From: an uncultured Alphaproteobacteria bacterium
GTDB lineage: Bacteria; Pseudomonadota; Alphaproteobacteria; MPNO01; DASWLB01
Assembly (NCBI GenBank): GCA_963822575.1
Contig: CAWGHZ010000007.1
Span: 1,375,655 to 1,439,654, forward strand
Direction: 5' to 3'
Length of the DNA: 64,000 nt
In this document: in pieces, positions 28,317 through 37,949 of the stretch
How the letters are laid out: the number at the start of each line of letters is the position of its first letter
Position numbering within the stretch: the stretch's first letter is position 1
The notes under the pieces: generated by a model
Told to the model about the DNA's origin: nothing
Database searches by the model: none
What the model saw: the letters and a program-made list of their open reading frames with translations, nothing else
Program-made: the position numbers and the translations under genes

Positions 28317-29819
28317 ATGAAGATCAGCTTCGCCCAGCCCGCTTTGCCCCGCTCCGGCGCCGTGGTCGCCTTCGTCCTCGATGGCGGTACGCTCTCGGCG
28401 ACCGCCCAGCAGATCGACAAGGCGACCGGCGGGGCGCTCGCTCGGGCGATCAAGGCGGGGCGGTTCCGCGGCCGCGCGGCGCAGGCGCTGCACATCCCCG
28501 CGCCCGACGGCATTGGCGCGGCCCGCGTGCTGCTGCTCGGTGTCGGAAAGCCCGACTCGCTCGACGCGCTGGCGGCCGAATCGCTCGGCGGCAAGGTTGT
28601 GCAGGAGCTGGGCGGCTCGGGGCTCTCCGCGGCGCACGTCGCCGCCGACCCGATCAAGGACTCCAAGCTCGCCGCCGCCGAATTCGCCGCCCACCTCGCC
28701 TACGGCGCAGAGCTCGGCAGCTACCGGTTCGACAAGTACCGTACCAAGGAGAAGCCGGAGGACAAGCCGAGCCTCAACGCCATCGTGGTGGCGACGCGCG
28801 ACCCGGCGGCGGCGCGGCGCGCCCATGCACCCCTCGCCAGGATCGCCGAGGGTGTGTTCTTCACCCGCGACCTGGTCTCCGAGCCGGCGAACGTCCTCTA
28901 CCCCGCCACCCTCGCCGCCCGCGCGCGCGAACTCGCCAGGCTCGGCGTCAAGGTCGAGGTGCTCGACAAGCGCCGCATGACCGAGCTCGGCATGGGTGCG
29001 CTGCTCGGCGTAGCGCAGGGCAGCGTGCACGACCCGCGCCTCGTCGTCCTACGCTGGAACGGCGCGCCGCGCGCGGCCGACAAGCGCCCGATCGCCTTCG
29101 TCGGCAAGGGGGTGACGTTCGATTCGGGCGGCATCTCCATCAAGCCCGCCGGCGGCATGGAAGACATGAAGTGGGACATGGGCGGCGCCGGCGTCGTGAT
29201 CGGGCTGATGCGGGCCCTCGCCGGCCGCAAGGCCCAGGTCAATGCCGTCGGCATCGCCGGCTGCGTCGAGAACATGCCGGGCGGCAATGCCCAGCGCCCG
29301 GGCGACGTCGTAAAGACCATGTCGGGCCAGACGGTCGAGGTGATCAACACCGACGCCGAGGGACGGCTCGTGCTCGGCGACGCCATGTGGTACTGCCAGC
29401 AGCGCTTCAAGCCGCGGGCGATGATCGACCTCGCGACGCTCACCGGCGCCATCATCGTCTCGCTCGGCCACGAGATGGCCGGCCTGTTCGCCAACGACGA
29501 GGCGCTGGCCGACCGGCTGATCGCCGCCGGCAAGGCGGTGGGCGAGCCGGTCTGGCGCATGCCGCTCGGCGAGGGCTACGACAAGATGATTTCGTCCGAC
29601 ATCGCCGACTTCAAGAATATCGGCGGCCGGCCGGCGGGCTCGATCACCGCGGCGCAGTTCCTCAAGCGCTTCATCCAGGACGGTGTCGCCTGGGCGCATC
29701 TCGACATCGCCGGCGTCACCTGGTCGTCGAAAGCGAAGCCCACCGTGCCCAAGGGCGGCACCGCGTTCGGCGTGCGCCTCTTGGACCGGCTGGTCGCCGA
29801 GCACTACGAGGGAAGCTGA
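28317..29819 (+). CDS. pepA: Leucyl aminopeptidase
   Basis: M17 peptidase motif NTDAEGRLVLGD; 500 aa. Confidence 0.9.
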   Translation: MKISFAQPALPRSGAVVAFVLDGGTLSATAQQIDKATGGALARAIKAGRFRGRAAQALHIPAPDGIGAARVLLLGVGKPDSLDALAAESLGGKVVQELGGSGLSAAHVAADPIKDSKLAAAEFAAHLAYGAELGSYRFDKYRTKEKPEDKPSLNAIVVATRDPAAARRAHAPLARIAEGVFFTRDLVSEPANVLYPATLAARARELARLGVKVEVLDKRRMTELGMGALLGVAQGSVHDPRLVVLRWNGAPRAADKRPIAFVGKGVTFDSGGISIKPAGGMEDMKWDMGGAGVVIGLMRALAGRKAQVNAVGIAGCVENMPGGNAQRPGDVVKTMSGQTVEVINTDAEGRLVLGDAMWYCQQRFKPRAMIDLATLTGAIIVSLGHEMAGLFANDEALADRLIAAGKAVGEPVWRMPLGEGYDKMISSDIADFKNIGGRPAGSITAAQFLKRFIQDGVAWAHLDIAGVTWSSKAKPTVPKGGTAFGVRLLDRLVAEHYEGS

Positions 29820-29827
29820 CGGAACGC

Positions 29828-30280
29828 ATGACCGACATCGGCTTCTACCACTTGACGCGCACGCCGCTCGAACGGGCGCTCCCCAAGCTCCTCGAGAAGG
29901 CGCTCGGCCAGGGGCTGCGCGCGGTGGTGATCGCCGGGTCGGAGGAGCGGGTGGCGGCGCTCGACACCGCGCTATGGACCTACGAACAGCTCGCCTTCCT
30001 GCCGCACGGCACCGCGAAGGACGGCGACGCGGAGGCGCAGCCGGTCTTCCTCACCACCGAGGACGAGAACCCGAACGGCGCGAAGCTGCTGGTCCTCACC
30101 GACGGCGTCGCGAGCGCGCGGATCGAGGGGTTCGAGCGCTGCATCGACATGTTCGACGGCGCCGACCCCGACGCGGTCGCCAGGGCACGCGAGCGCTGGC
30201 GCGCCCTCAAGGCCGCCGGCCACAGCCTCGCCTATTGGCAACAGACCGACCGCGGCGGCTGGGAAAAGAAGGAGGGGTAG
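29828..30280 (+). CDS. holC: DNA polymerase III subunit chi
   Basis: 150 aa HolC-like; conserved pepA-holC pair. Confidence 0.8.
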   Translation: MTDIGFYHLTRTPLERALPKLLEKALGQGLRAVVIAGSEERVAALDTALWTYEQLAFLPHGTAKDGDAEAQPVFLTTEDENPNGAKLLVLTDGVASARIEGFERCIDMFDGADPDAVARARERWRALKAAGHSLAYWQQTDRGGWEKKEG

Positions 30281-30296
30281 AGTCCGCCTCAGCGGG

Positions 30297-30342
30297 TTGC
30301 CGGCCCGGCGCGATGCGGCTATAAGGCCGCGCCGGCGCGGCC
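30297..30342 (+). promoter_or_regulatory. Candidate sigma70-type promoter for ndk (TTGCCG-17-TATAAG) followed by a perfect 18-bp palindrome GGCCGCGCCGGCGCGGCC
   Basis: Hexamers and spacing read directly; the palindrome overlaps the predicted TSS (operator or holC terminator). Confidence 0.3.
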
Positions 30343-30372
30343 CGGCCCCCATTCCCACGGAGTTTCGCACGC

Positions 30373-30795
30373 ATGGCCATCGAACGGACCTTTTCGATCA
30401 TCAAGCCGGACGCGACGCGCCGCAACGTGACCGGCCAGATCAACGCCCGGCTCGAGGCGGCGGGGCTGCGCATCATTGCCCAAAAGCGGCTGCAGCTCAC
30501 CCGCGCTCAGGCGGAACAGTTCTATGCCGTGCACAGAGCGCGGCCGTTCTTCGGCGACTTGTGCGCGTTCATGGTCTCCGGCCCGGTGGTGGTGCAGGTA
30601 CTGGAAGGCAAGGACGCCATCGCCAAGAACCGCGAGGTGATGGGGGCGACCGACCCGGCCAAGGCAGCGGCCGGCACCATCCGCAAGGAGTTCGGCGAGT
30701 CGATCGAGGCGAATTCGGTGCACGGCTCGGACTCGGCCGAGACGGCGGCGAACGAAATCGCGTTCTTTTTCAGTGGCCTGGAACTCGTCGGCTAA
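30373..30795 (+). CDS. ndk: Nucleoside diphosphate kinase
   Basis: 140 aa; NIIHGSD-type active site region (NSVHGSDS). Confidence 0.95.
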   Translation: MAIERTFSIIKPDATRRNVTGQINARLEAAGLRIIAQKRLQLTRAQAEQFYAVHRARPFFGDLCAFMVSGPVVVQVLEGKDAIAKNREVMGATDPAKAAAGTIRKEFGESIEANSVHGSDSAETAANEIAFFFSGLELVG

Positions 30796-30808
30796 GACAT
30801 CGGTTGAA

Positions 30809-30940
30809 CTAAAGCGTGAACAAGGCGAGCCCGCCCAAGATGATCACCAGCCCGACGATCGAGTACCCGAGCAACCGGGCGAAGCTCTTCCAGCCCTGCA
30901 TGTGAACCTGGGTCTGCGGGTCCAGCTCGGTCGTCGCCAT
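30809..30940 (-). CDS. Small single-TM membrane protein (43 aa), possibly aa3-type cytochrome oxidase subunit IV-like
   Basis: ATG preceded by AGGGGAGGACGAG RBS; MATTELDPQTQVHMQGWKSFARLLGYSIVGLVIILGGLALFTL; the longer track ORF is an upstream extension. Confidence 0.5.
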   Translation of the reverse strand: MATTELDPQTQVHMQGWKSFARLLGYSIVGLVIILGGLALFTL

Positions 30941-31109
30941 CTCGTCCTCCCCTGAAACCCCGCCGCAACGCGGGCGCGACAAAAAGGGAACCACAAGATC
31001 GCCCGCCCGGCAAGCGGCGGCGCCCGGCCCGCCGGCGGGGCGCTGGCGCGGTAAGACTTCGTTCATCCCGGCGGGGCGATCATTTGTCTCTTCACACCGG
31101 TGAGCGGTC

Positions 31110-31496
31110 ATGAAGAGATACCTTGCCGAGGCGCCCGAGCGGAGGCATCACGGCCTCTGGGGGCGTGACATGAACCCCAGGGCCCTCGCCGCGCATCACA
31201 AGTTTGTCGAGGAGTTGGACCTTTCGGTCGCCGTCGCGAACCGCGAGGTGATCCAGAGGCACATCCCGAACCTGACCCGCGAGACGTTCCAGCAAATCGC
31301 CGTCATGGTGGCCCGCTTCCGCGCGGAGTATCTCGAGGCGGCCATCCGCCTTGCCAACTCGGACGGCTGCCGCGACGGGGCCTGCCTCGTCGAGCTAAAG
31401 CACAAACGCGAGCTCTACGATCAGGGCTGCGCTGCGTTCGAGGCGCTGGAACGCGCCATCGAGCGCGGCTACGTCGACCTCGACCCGCCGGTCTGA
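31110..31496 (+). CDS. Hypothetical protein (128 aa)
   Basis: High GC3 ORF with no recognisable family. Confidence 0.4.
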   Translation: MKRYLAEAPERRHHGLWGRDMNPRALAAHHKFVEELDLSVAVANREVIQRHIPNLTRETFQQIAVMVARFRAEYLEAAIRLANSDGCRDGACLVELKHKRELYDQGCAAFEALERAIERGYVDLDPPV

Positions 31497-31545
31497 GGCT
31501 TCCCTCGCGCCGTCCCGGCGGTGCCTGGCCGCCCCGCACCTCGCC

Positions 31546-31573
31546 TTGCGCCCCCTTCGAATCCGTGTATATT
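31546..31573 (+). promoter_or_regulatory. Candidate sigma70-type promoter for rpsF operon (TTGCGC-16-TATATT)
   Basis: Hexamers read directly, about 115 nt upstream of rpsF ATG. Confidence 0.35.
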
Positions 31574-31687
31574 CCGCCCCTTCGCAACTCCTTGCTCCCG
31601 CTTGGCCGGGGGCTGGGCTCGGGCGGCCGATGATGCGGTCCAGAGGGGCCGCGCCGGCGCCGGGCCATGCAAGCCGAAAGGAGACAC

Positions 31688-32185
31688 ATGCCGTTCTACG
31701 AGAGCGTGTTCATCGCGCGCCAGGACATCTCCGCCGCCCAGGTGGAGGCGCTGTCCCAGCGGGTCACCGAAATCATCGCCGGTCAGGGCGGGCAGGTCAC
31801 CAAGAACGAATATTGGGGCCTGAAGAACCTTTCCTACCGCATCAAGAAGAACCGCAAGGGCCACTACACCTTGCTGAACATCGACGCGCCTGCTCCCGCC
31901 ATTGCCGAGATGGAGCGCAATTTGCGCCTCGACGAGGATGTGCTGCGCTTCATGACGGTGCGCGTCGAAGAGCTGGAGGAAGGCCCGTCGGCGATGATGC
32001 GGAGCCGCGAAGACCGCGGGCGCCGATTCGGCGACCGGGACCGCGGCGATCGGGATCGCGGCGACCGGGATCGCGGCGACCGTGGCGGGCGCGAGCGCGA
32101 CCGCGACCGGGGCGACCGGCCTTATCGCGACCGCCCGCCGCGCGAACGCGCCGAGGCCAGCGCCGACGAGGGAGAGTCCGAATGA
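31688..32185 (+). CDS. rpsF: 30S ribosomal protein S6 with Asp/Arg-rich repetitive C-terminal extension
   Basis: [13 protein letters not shown]...; C-terminal DRDRGDR repeats encoded by a 15-nt tandem DNA repeat. Confidence 0.95.
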   Translation: MPFYESVFIARQDISAAQVEALSQRVTEIIAGQGGQVTKNEYWGLKNLSYRIKKNRKGHYTLLNIDAPAPAIAEMERNLRLDEDVLRFMTVRVEELEEGPSAMMRSREDRGRRFGDRDRGDRDRGDRDRGDRGGRERDRDRGDRPYRDRPPRERAEASADEGESE

Positions 32186-32421
32186 GCGCCGCGCCTGCCC
32201 GCCGGCCCTTCTTCCGCCGGCAGAAATCCTGCCCGTTCTCCGGCCCGAACGCACCGAAGATCGACTACAAGGACGTGAAGCTCCTGCAGCGCTTCGTCTC
32301 CGAGCGCGGCAAGATCGTGCCGTCGCGAATCACCGCCGTCTCGGCAAAAAAGCAGCGGGAGCTCGCCCAAGCGATCAAGCGGGCGCGCAACCTCGCCCTT
32401 CTCCCCTATTTGCTGAAGTAG
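32182..32421 (+). CDS. rpsR: 30S ribosomal protein S18
   Basis: ATG overlaps the rpsF stop (ATGA); S18 sequence. Confidence 0.95.
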   Translation: MSAAPARRPFFRRQKSCPFSGPNAPKIDYKDVKLLQRFVSERGKIVPSRITAVSAKKQRELAQAIKRARNLALLPYLLK

Positions 32422-32452
32422 GCGGACGGCAGCGGCCGGCCGGGACCGTGCA

Positions 32453-33364
32453 ATGAATCGACAGAGCCTTTATGCGCTGGCCGCCGGTGTGGCCAGCGCG
32501 CTTCTGTACCTCGCGATCCTGTCGGGATCGCCCGGCTCGTTCGTGCTCGCCTATTTCAGCCAGGCGCCCTTGTTCCTCGCCGGGCTCGCGCTCGGCGTCA
32601 CGCCGGCAGCCATTGCCTGCGGCATCGCGCTGGTGGGGCTCGTCGCCGCCACCGAGATCGCGACCGCGGCCTTGTTCGTGCTGCTGACCGCGCTTCCCGT
32701 CATCTACGTGGTACGCCAGACGCTCTTGTCGCGCCAGGATGCGGCCGGACGGACCGAATGGTACCCGCCCGGGCTGATCCTCGCCGGGCTCACCGCCTAC
32801 GGTCTCGTGCTGCTGGCCGCCGCCGCCGCCTACTACGCGGGCACGGCGGGCGGGCTCGAGGCCGCCGCCCGGCACTACCTCGAGACCGTGCTGCAGGTCT
32901 CGTCCGGCGGCGACAAGACGAGCGTCCGGCCGATGGTCGAGTTGGTCGCGCGCTTCATCCCGGGGACGGTGATCGCCTCGGCGGTGATCATGGTTGTGGT
33001 GAACGCGGCCATCGCCCAGGGCGCGCTCGCCAAGACCGGGCACGCGCTGCGGCCGAGCCCCGCCTATCGCCAGGTCAGCCTGCCCGCGTGGCCGGCCTAT
33101 GCCTTGCCGATCGTCGTCGCGGCCGCCTTCGTGCCGGGGCAAATCGGGTTCCTCGGCGGCAACGCCGCGGTCATCGTCGCGGTGCCGTTCGCCCTCGTCG
33201 GGCTCGCGGTGCTACACTCGGTTTCGCGCCACTGGCCCGCGCGCGGGCTGGCGCTCGGATTTATTTATCTGACCACCCTCCTGTTAGGATGGCCGGCGAT
33301 ACTGGTCGCGGGCATCGGCGTGGTCGATCACTGGTCCCCGCTGCGGCGGGGGGAGGACGACTGA
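32453..33364 (+). CDS. DUF2232-type polytopic membrane protein (conserved between rpsR and rplI in alphaproteobacteria)
   Basis: 303 aa hydrophobic protein; conserved position. Confidence 0.75.
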   Translation: MNRQSLYALAAGVASALLYLAILSGSPGSFVLAYFSQAPLFLAGLALGVTPAAIACGIALVGLVAATEIATAALFVLLTALPVIYVVRQTLLSRQDAAGRTEWYPPGLILAGLTAYGLVLLAAAAAYYAGTAGGLEAAARHYLETVLQVSSGGDKTSVRPMVELVARFIPGTVIASAVIMVVVNAAIAQGALAKTGHALRPSPAYRQVSLPAWPAYALPIVVAAAFVPGQIGFLGGNAAVIVAVPFALVGLAVLHSVSRHWPARGLALGFIYLTTLLLGWPAILVAGIGVVDHWSPLRRGEDD

Positions 33365-34017
33365 TGCAAGTCATATTGTTGGAACGAGTCGAGAAGCTGG
33401 GCCAGATGGGCGACGTCGTCGACGTCAGGCCTGGCTTCGCGCGCAACTACCTCCTGCCCCAGGGCAAGGCGCTGCGCGCGACCGACGACAACCGCAAGCG
33501 CTTCGATGAGCGCCGCACCCAGCTCGAGGCGACGAACCTCACCCGCCGCCAGGAGGCCGAGGCGGTCGCCGGCAAGATCGTGGGGATGGTGCTGTCGCTG
33601 ATCCGCCAGGCGAGCGAATCCGACCAGCTTTACGGCTCGGTCAGCGCGCGCGACCTGCACAAGGGCCTCGCCGACGCCGGCATCACGCTGGAGCGGCGCC
33701 AGGTGCTCCTGGACCAGACCATCAAGTCGGTCGGGCTGCACAAGTTCCGCGTGGCGCTGCACCCCGAGGTCATCGTTGAGCTCACCGCCAACGTCGCGCG
33801 CTCGCCCGACGAGCTGGAGATCCAGGCGCGCGGCGAGCGTCCGGCCGACGTCGCCGAACGCCAGGCCGAGCAGGAGGCACGGCTCGCCGCCGAGGAGGTG
33901 TTCGAGCGCGGCGCCGCACCGGAAGAGTTGTCCGAGGGCCGGCCCGAACCGGCCGCCGGAGACGAGGAGGACGAGGACAAGCCGTCGGAGACTACCCTCG
34001 CCCGCCGCCGTCGATAG
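33364..34017 (+). CDS. rplI: 50S ribosomal protein L9 with acidic C-terminal extension
   Basis: [36 protein letters not shown]. Confidence 0.95.
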   Translation: MQVILLERVEKLGQMGDVVDVRPGFARNYLLPQGKALRATDDNRKRFDERRTQLEATNLTRRQEAEAVAGKIVGMVLSLIRQASESDQLYGSVSARDLHKGLADAGITLERRQVLLDQTIKSVGLHKFRVALHPEVIVELTANVARSPDELEIQARGERPADVAERQAEQEARLAAEEVFERGAAPEELSEGRPEPAAGDEEDEDKPSETTLARRRR

Positions 34018-34045
34018 ACGCGCCCGCACGGCGCGAGGGGGCTCC

Positions 34046-34813
34046 GTGCCGTTCGAAACGATCGCCTTCGTCGCCGCCGAGACCGCGACGGCCCAGTCGG
34101 CACTCAAGCGCCTGCGCAAGCGCTACGGCAACTCGCCGCCCGAAACGGCGGACGTGATCGTCACTCTCGGCGGCGACGGCACGATGCTCGAGACGCTGCA
34201 CCGCTATCTCGACCGCGAGGTGCCGTTCTACGGCATGAACCGCGGCACGGTCGGATTTCTCCTCAACGAGTTCAGCGAGACGAAGCTGCGCGAGCGGCTC
34301 GCGCGCGCGACGCCGGTGCGCCTCCACCCGCTGCGCATGACCGCCCGCACCATCGCCGGCGGCGCATCCGAGGCCATCGCCATCAACGAGGTGTCGCTGC
34401 TGCGCGAGAGCCGCCAGGCGGCGAAGCTCCGCATCCGGATCGACTCGCGCGTGCGCATGTCCGAGCTCGTCTGCGACGGGGTGGTCATCGCGACGCCGGC
34501 CGGCTCGACCGCCTACAACCTCTCGGCGCACGGGCCGATCGTGCCGCTCGGCACCGGGCTCCTCGCGCTGACCCCGATCAGTGCGTTCCGCCCGCGGCGC
34601 TGGCGGGGTGCGCTTCTGCCCGCCTCGGCGCAGGTGACCATCCAGATATTGGAACCGGCGAAGCGGCCGGTCTCGGCCGTCGCCGACTATACCGAGGTGC
34701 GCGACGTGCGCGAGGTGCGCGTCCGCGAGGCCAAGGACATCCGCCTCACGATCCTGTTCGACCCCGAGCACAATCTCGAGGAGCGCATCCTGAACGAGCA
34801 GTTCATCCCATAG
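34046..34813 (+). CDS. nadK: NAD+ kinase
   Basis: GGDGTML motif and NEVSL motif; GTG start. Confidence 0.85.
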   Translation: MPFETIAFVAAETATAQSALKRLRKRYGNSPPETADVIVTLGGDGTMLETLHRYLDREVPFYGMNRGTVGFLLNEFSETKLRERLARATPVRLHPLRMTARTIAGGASEAIAINEVSLLRESRQAAKLRIRIDSRVRMSELVCDGVVIATPAGSTAYNLSAHGPIVPLGTGLLALTPISAFRPRRWRGALLPASAQVTIQILEPAKRPVSAVADYTEVRDVREVRVREAKDIRLTILFDPEHNLEERILNEQFIP

Positions 34814-34816
34814 ACC

Positions 34817-34897
34817 GTCATTGCGAGGACCGCAGCGACGGAGCAATCCAGGGGCCGCAGACGTAGCCCTGGATTGCTCCGCTTCGCTCGCAATGAC
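34817..34897. repeat. ~80-bp imperfect-palindrome intergenic repeat (copy B)
   Basis: Matches the 20363-20443 copy at about 85% identity and keeps the stem; sits just after the nadK stop. Confidence 0.75.
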
Positions 34898-34939
34898 GAC
34901 CCAGGCGGGTATAATCGCTACGACGAAACGGAGGACCGA

Positions 34940-36601
34940 ATGACCGCGGCCGCCCGGGGCTACGCCGACCTGCACGACCATATCGAGGCCCTGGAGAAGG
35001 CGGGGCTGCTCACCACCATCGACGCGCCGGTGAACAAGGACACCGAGCTGCACCCGCTGGTGCGCTGGCAGTTCCTCGGCGGCATCGCAGAGCCCGAGCG
35101 CAAGGCGTTCCTGTTCAAGAACGTCGTCGATGGGCACGGCCGCAAGTACGACATGCCCGTCGTGGTCGGCGCGCTCGCCGCCAACGCCGCCGTCTACGCC
35201 ACCGGCATGGGCGTGAAGGTCGCCGAAATCCAGGCGAAGTGGGACCACGCGATGGACCATCCCGTCGCGCCGCGCCTGGTGAACGAGGCGCCGTGCCACG
35301 AAGTGGTGGTCGAGGGGGCCGACCTGATGGGCCCCGGCAAGGGGCTCGACGCGCTGCCCATCCCCGTTTCGACGCCGGGCTTCGATTCCGCCCCGACGCT
35401 CACCGCCACCAACGTCATCACTAAGGACCCGGAAACCGGCGTGCAGAACATGGGCACGTACCGTGCCGGGCTGAAGGCGTCGGACCGGCTGGTGGTGCGC
35501 ATGGCGACGCGCATCGGCGGTGCCGGCGGGTATCTCCACTGGCAGAAATACAAGAAGCGCGGCGAAAAGATGGAATGCGCCATCGTCGTCGGCTGCCCGC
35601 CCTACGTCGCCTATGTCGCGCCGCAGAAGCTGCCGCTCGACATGGACGAGATCGAGCTCGCGGGCGGGCTCGCCGGCGCGCCGATCAACGTCGTCCGCGC
35701 CCGCACGGTGGACCTGATGGTGCCGGCCGAGGCGGAGCTGGTGATCGAGGGCATCATCGACCCCGAGATGGTCGAGCCCGAAGGCCCGTTCGGCGAGTCG
35801 CACGGCCACGTCGCGCTCGAGGAGTTCAACATGCCGATGCGGGTGACGGCCATCACCCACCGGCGGAACGCCGTGATCCCGTCCTATATCAGCCAGGTCG
35901 CGCCGTCGGAATCCTCGGTCATCAAGCGCGTCGCCTACGAGCCGATCTTCCTCCATCATCTGCGCGACCAGCTCGGCATCCGCGGCGTCAGCCGCGTCTC
36001 CATGCACGAGAAACTGACCGGGCTTCTCCGCATCACCATCATCAGCTTCAAGCGTGCAACGCCGAAGACGGAGGTGTGGCGCGCGCTCTACGCCGCCGCG
36101 GCCTACCGCTCGGACTGGTCGAAGATCTGCATCGCCGTGTCGGAGGACATCGACCCCGACAACGCCGACGCGATCCTATGGGCCATGGCCTACCGCATCA
36201 ATCCGGTGGAGGACGTGAAGACGCTGGGCCACCGCGCCCAGGGGCACGGACCGAAACGCGAGCATCACGGCGAGGAGGACTCGACGCTGCTGATCGACGC
36301 CACGATGAAAAGCGACATGCCGCCCCTTGCCCTGCCCGCTCGCGAATACATGGAGGGCGCGAAGAAGCTGTGGGAGAAGATCGGCCTGCCCAAGCTCAAC
36401 CCGGAATCGCCTTGGCACGGCTACTCGCTCGGCGACTGGACCGAGCAGTGGGCCGACATGGCGAAGCGCGCCGCCGCGAGCGATTGGCTCGAGAATGGCA
36501 AGCGCACGCTGCAGCGCCAGCGCAAGAACATCGTGCCCGAGACCTCCGTCCGCGACGTGGAGGAGGGCTGGGACGGCAAGAATGGCGACGCCAAGAAATG
36601 A
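34940..36601 (+). CDS. UbiD-family (prFMN-dependent) decarboxylase, paralog 2, first gene of a 4-gene operon
   Basis: GGAGGACC RBS; UbiD-like with EGPFGESHGH motif; stop overlaps next start (ATGA). Confidence 0.8.
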   Translation: MTAAARGYADLHDHIEALEKAGLLTTIDAPVNKDTELHPLVRWQFLGGIAEPERKAFLFKNVVDGHGRKYDMPVVVGALAANAAVYATGMGVKVAEIQAKWDHAMDHPVAPRLVNEAPCHEVVVEGADLMGPGKGLDALPIPVSTPGFDSAPTLTATNVITKDPETGVQNMGTYRAGLKASDRLVVRMATRIGGAGGYLHWQKYKKRGEKMECAIVVGCPPYVAYVAPQKLPLDMDEIELAGGLAGAPINVVRARTVDLMVPAEAELVIEGIIDPEMVEPEGPFGESHGHVALEEFNMPMRVTAITHRRNAVIPSYISQVAPSESSVIKRVAYEPIFLHHLRDQLGIRGVSRVSMHEKLTGLLRITIISFKRATPKTEVWRALYAAAAYRSDWSKICIAVSEDIDPDNADAILWAMAYRINPVEDVKTLGHRAQGHGPKREHHGEEDSTLLIDATMKSDMPPLALPAREYMEGAKKLWEKIGLPKLNPESPWHGYSLGDWTEQWADMAKRAAASDWLENGKRTLQRQRKNIVPETSVRDVEEGWDGKNGDAKK

Positions 36602-37467
36602 AGGCCGCGCCGTTCGCCTATCGCCGCGCCGAAAGCATCGCCGACGCCTGCGCCGCGCTCGAATCCGACGACGCGATGATCATCGCGGGCGGCCAGACGC
36701 TCGTGCCGCTGATGGCGATGCGCTTCGCCCGGCCGGCGCTGCTGATCGACATCAACGACATCGCCGACCTCAAGGGCATCGAGGCCCGCCCCGACCGGCT
36801 GGTGATCAGGGCCGCCACGCGCCAGGCGGACGCGCTCGCTGCCACCGATGTGAAGCGCGCCGCACCGCTCCTCGCCAAGGCCCTGCCCTGGGTCGGCCAC
36901 GGCCAGACCCGGGCGCGCGGCACAATCGGGGGCTCCGTCGCGCTCGCGGATCCCTCCGCGGAAATCCCGCTGGTCGCGGTTGCCCTCGGCGCGGCGATCA
37001 CGCTGCACGCCACGCGCGACGACCGCGTCGTGCCGGCCGAGGGGTTCTTCCTCGGCGCGATGGAGACGGCCCGCCGGTCGCACGAATGCCTGACCGCGGT
37101 GGCCTTCCCGGTTTGGACCGAGGCCGGACGCATCGGCACGGGCTTCACCGAGATCGCCGAGCGCCACGGCGACTTCGCCATCGTCGCCGCGGCGGCGCAG
37201 CTTCTGGTGGACGCCGATGGCGTGTGCCGGCGCGCTTCGGTCGCGGTCGGCGGCGCCGCGCCCGCGCCCGTCCGCGCCAAGGCAGCGGAGGCGGCGCTGG
37301 TCGGGTCGAAGCTGGACGACGCCGCCATCAAGAAGGCTGCGGCAGAGGTCGCGTCGCTGCTCGACCCGCCCGAGGACGGCCACGCCAGCGCCGCGTACCG
37401 CCGCCGCGTCGCGCCCGAACTGGTGCGCCGCGCCATTTCAGAAGCCGCGCGGGAGGCGCGGGCATGA
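36598..37467 (+). CDS. Molybdenum hydroxylase FAD-binding medium subunit (CoxM/XdhB family)
   Basis: IIAGGQTLVPLM FAD-binding motif; CO-DH flavoprotein C-terminal domain. Confidence 0.85.
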   Translation: MKAAPFAYRRAESIADACAALESDDAMIIAGGQTLVPLMAMRFARPALLIDINDIADLKGIEARPDRLVIRAATRQADALAATDVKRAAPLLAKALPWVGHGQTRARGTIGGSVALADPSAEIPLVAVALGAAITLHATRDDRVVPAEGFFLGAMETARRSHECLTAVAFPVWTEAGRIGTGFTEIAERHGDFAIVAAAAQLLVDADGVCRRASVAVGGAAPAPVRAKAAEAALVGSKLDDAAIKKAAAEVASLLDPPEDGHASAAYRRRVAPELVRRAISEAAREARA

Positions 37468-37949
37468 CCGCGCCCGTTCCCGTCCGCCTCACTGTCAATG
37501 GCCGCGCGCGCGAGGCCGAGGCCGAGCCGCGCGTCACGCTGCTCGATTTCCTGCGCGACCATCTCGGCCTCACCGGCACGCACATGGGTTGCGAGCACGG
37601 CGTGTGCGGCGCCTGCTCGGTGCTGCTCGACGGCGTCGCCGTGCGCTCCTGCCTAATCTTCGCCGTCATGGCCGCGGGGCACGAGGTGACGACGGTCGAG
37701 GGGCTCTGCATGGAGGACGGCTCGCCCGGCGTGCTGCAGGAATGCTTCTGGGATGGCCACGCGCAGCAATGCGGCTATTGCACGCCCGGCATGCTGATCG
37801 CCGCCGAGGCGCTGCTCGCGCACAACCCGACGCCAACGCGCGACGAGATCGAGGAGGCGATCTCCGGCAATCTCTGCCGCTGCACAGGCTATGTGCAGAT
37901 CGTGGAATCGATCGCCCGCGCCGCCGAGCGCAGGAAGGCAGGCGAGTGA
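37464..37949 (+). CDS. Molybdenum hydroxylase 2Fe-2S small subunit (CoxS family)
   Basis: C-x4-C-x2-C (CEHGVCGACSV) and C-x2-C...C-x-C (QCGYCTPG...CRCTGY) clusters. Confidence 0.9.
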   Translation: MTAPVPVRLTVNGRAREAEAEPRVTLLDFLRDHLGLTGTHMGCEHGVCGACSVLLDGVAVRSCLIFAVMAAGHEVTTVEGLCMEDGSPGVLQECFWDGHAQQCGYCTPGMLIAAEALLAHNPTPTRDEIEEAISGNLCRCTGYVQIVESIARAAERRKAGE

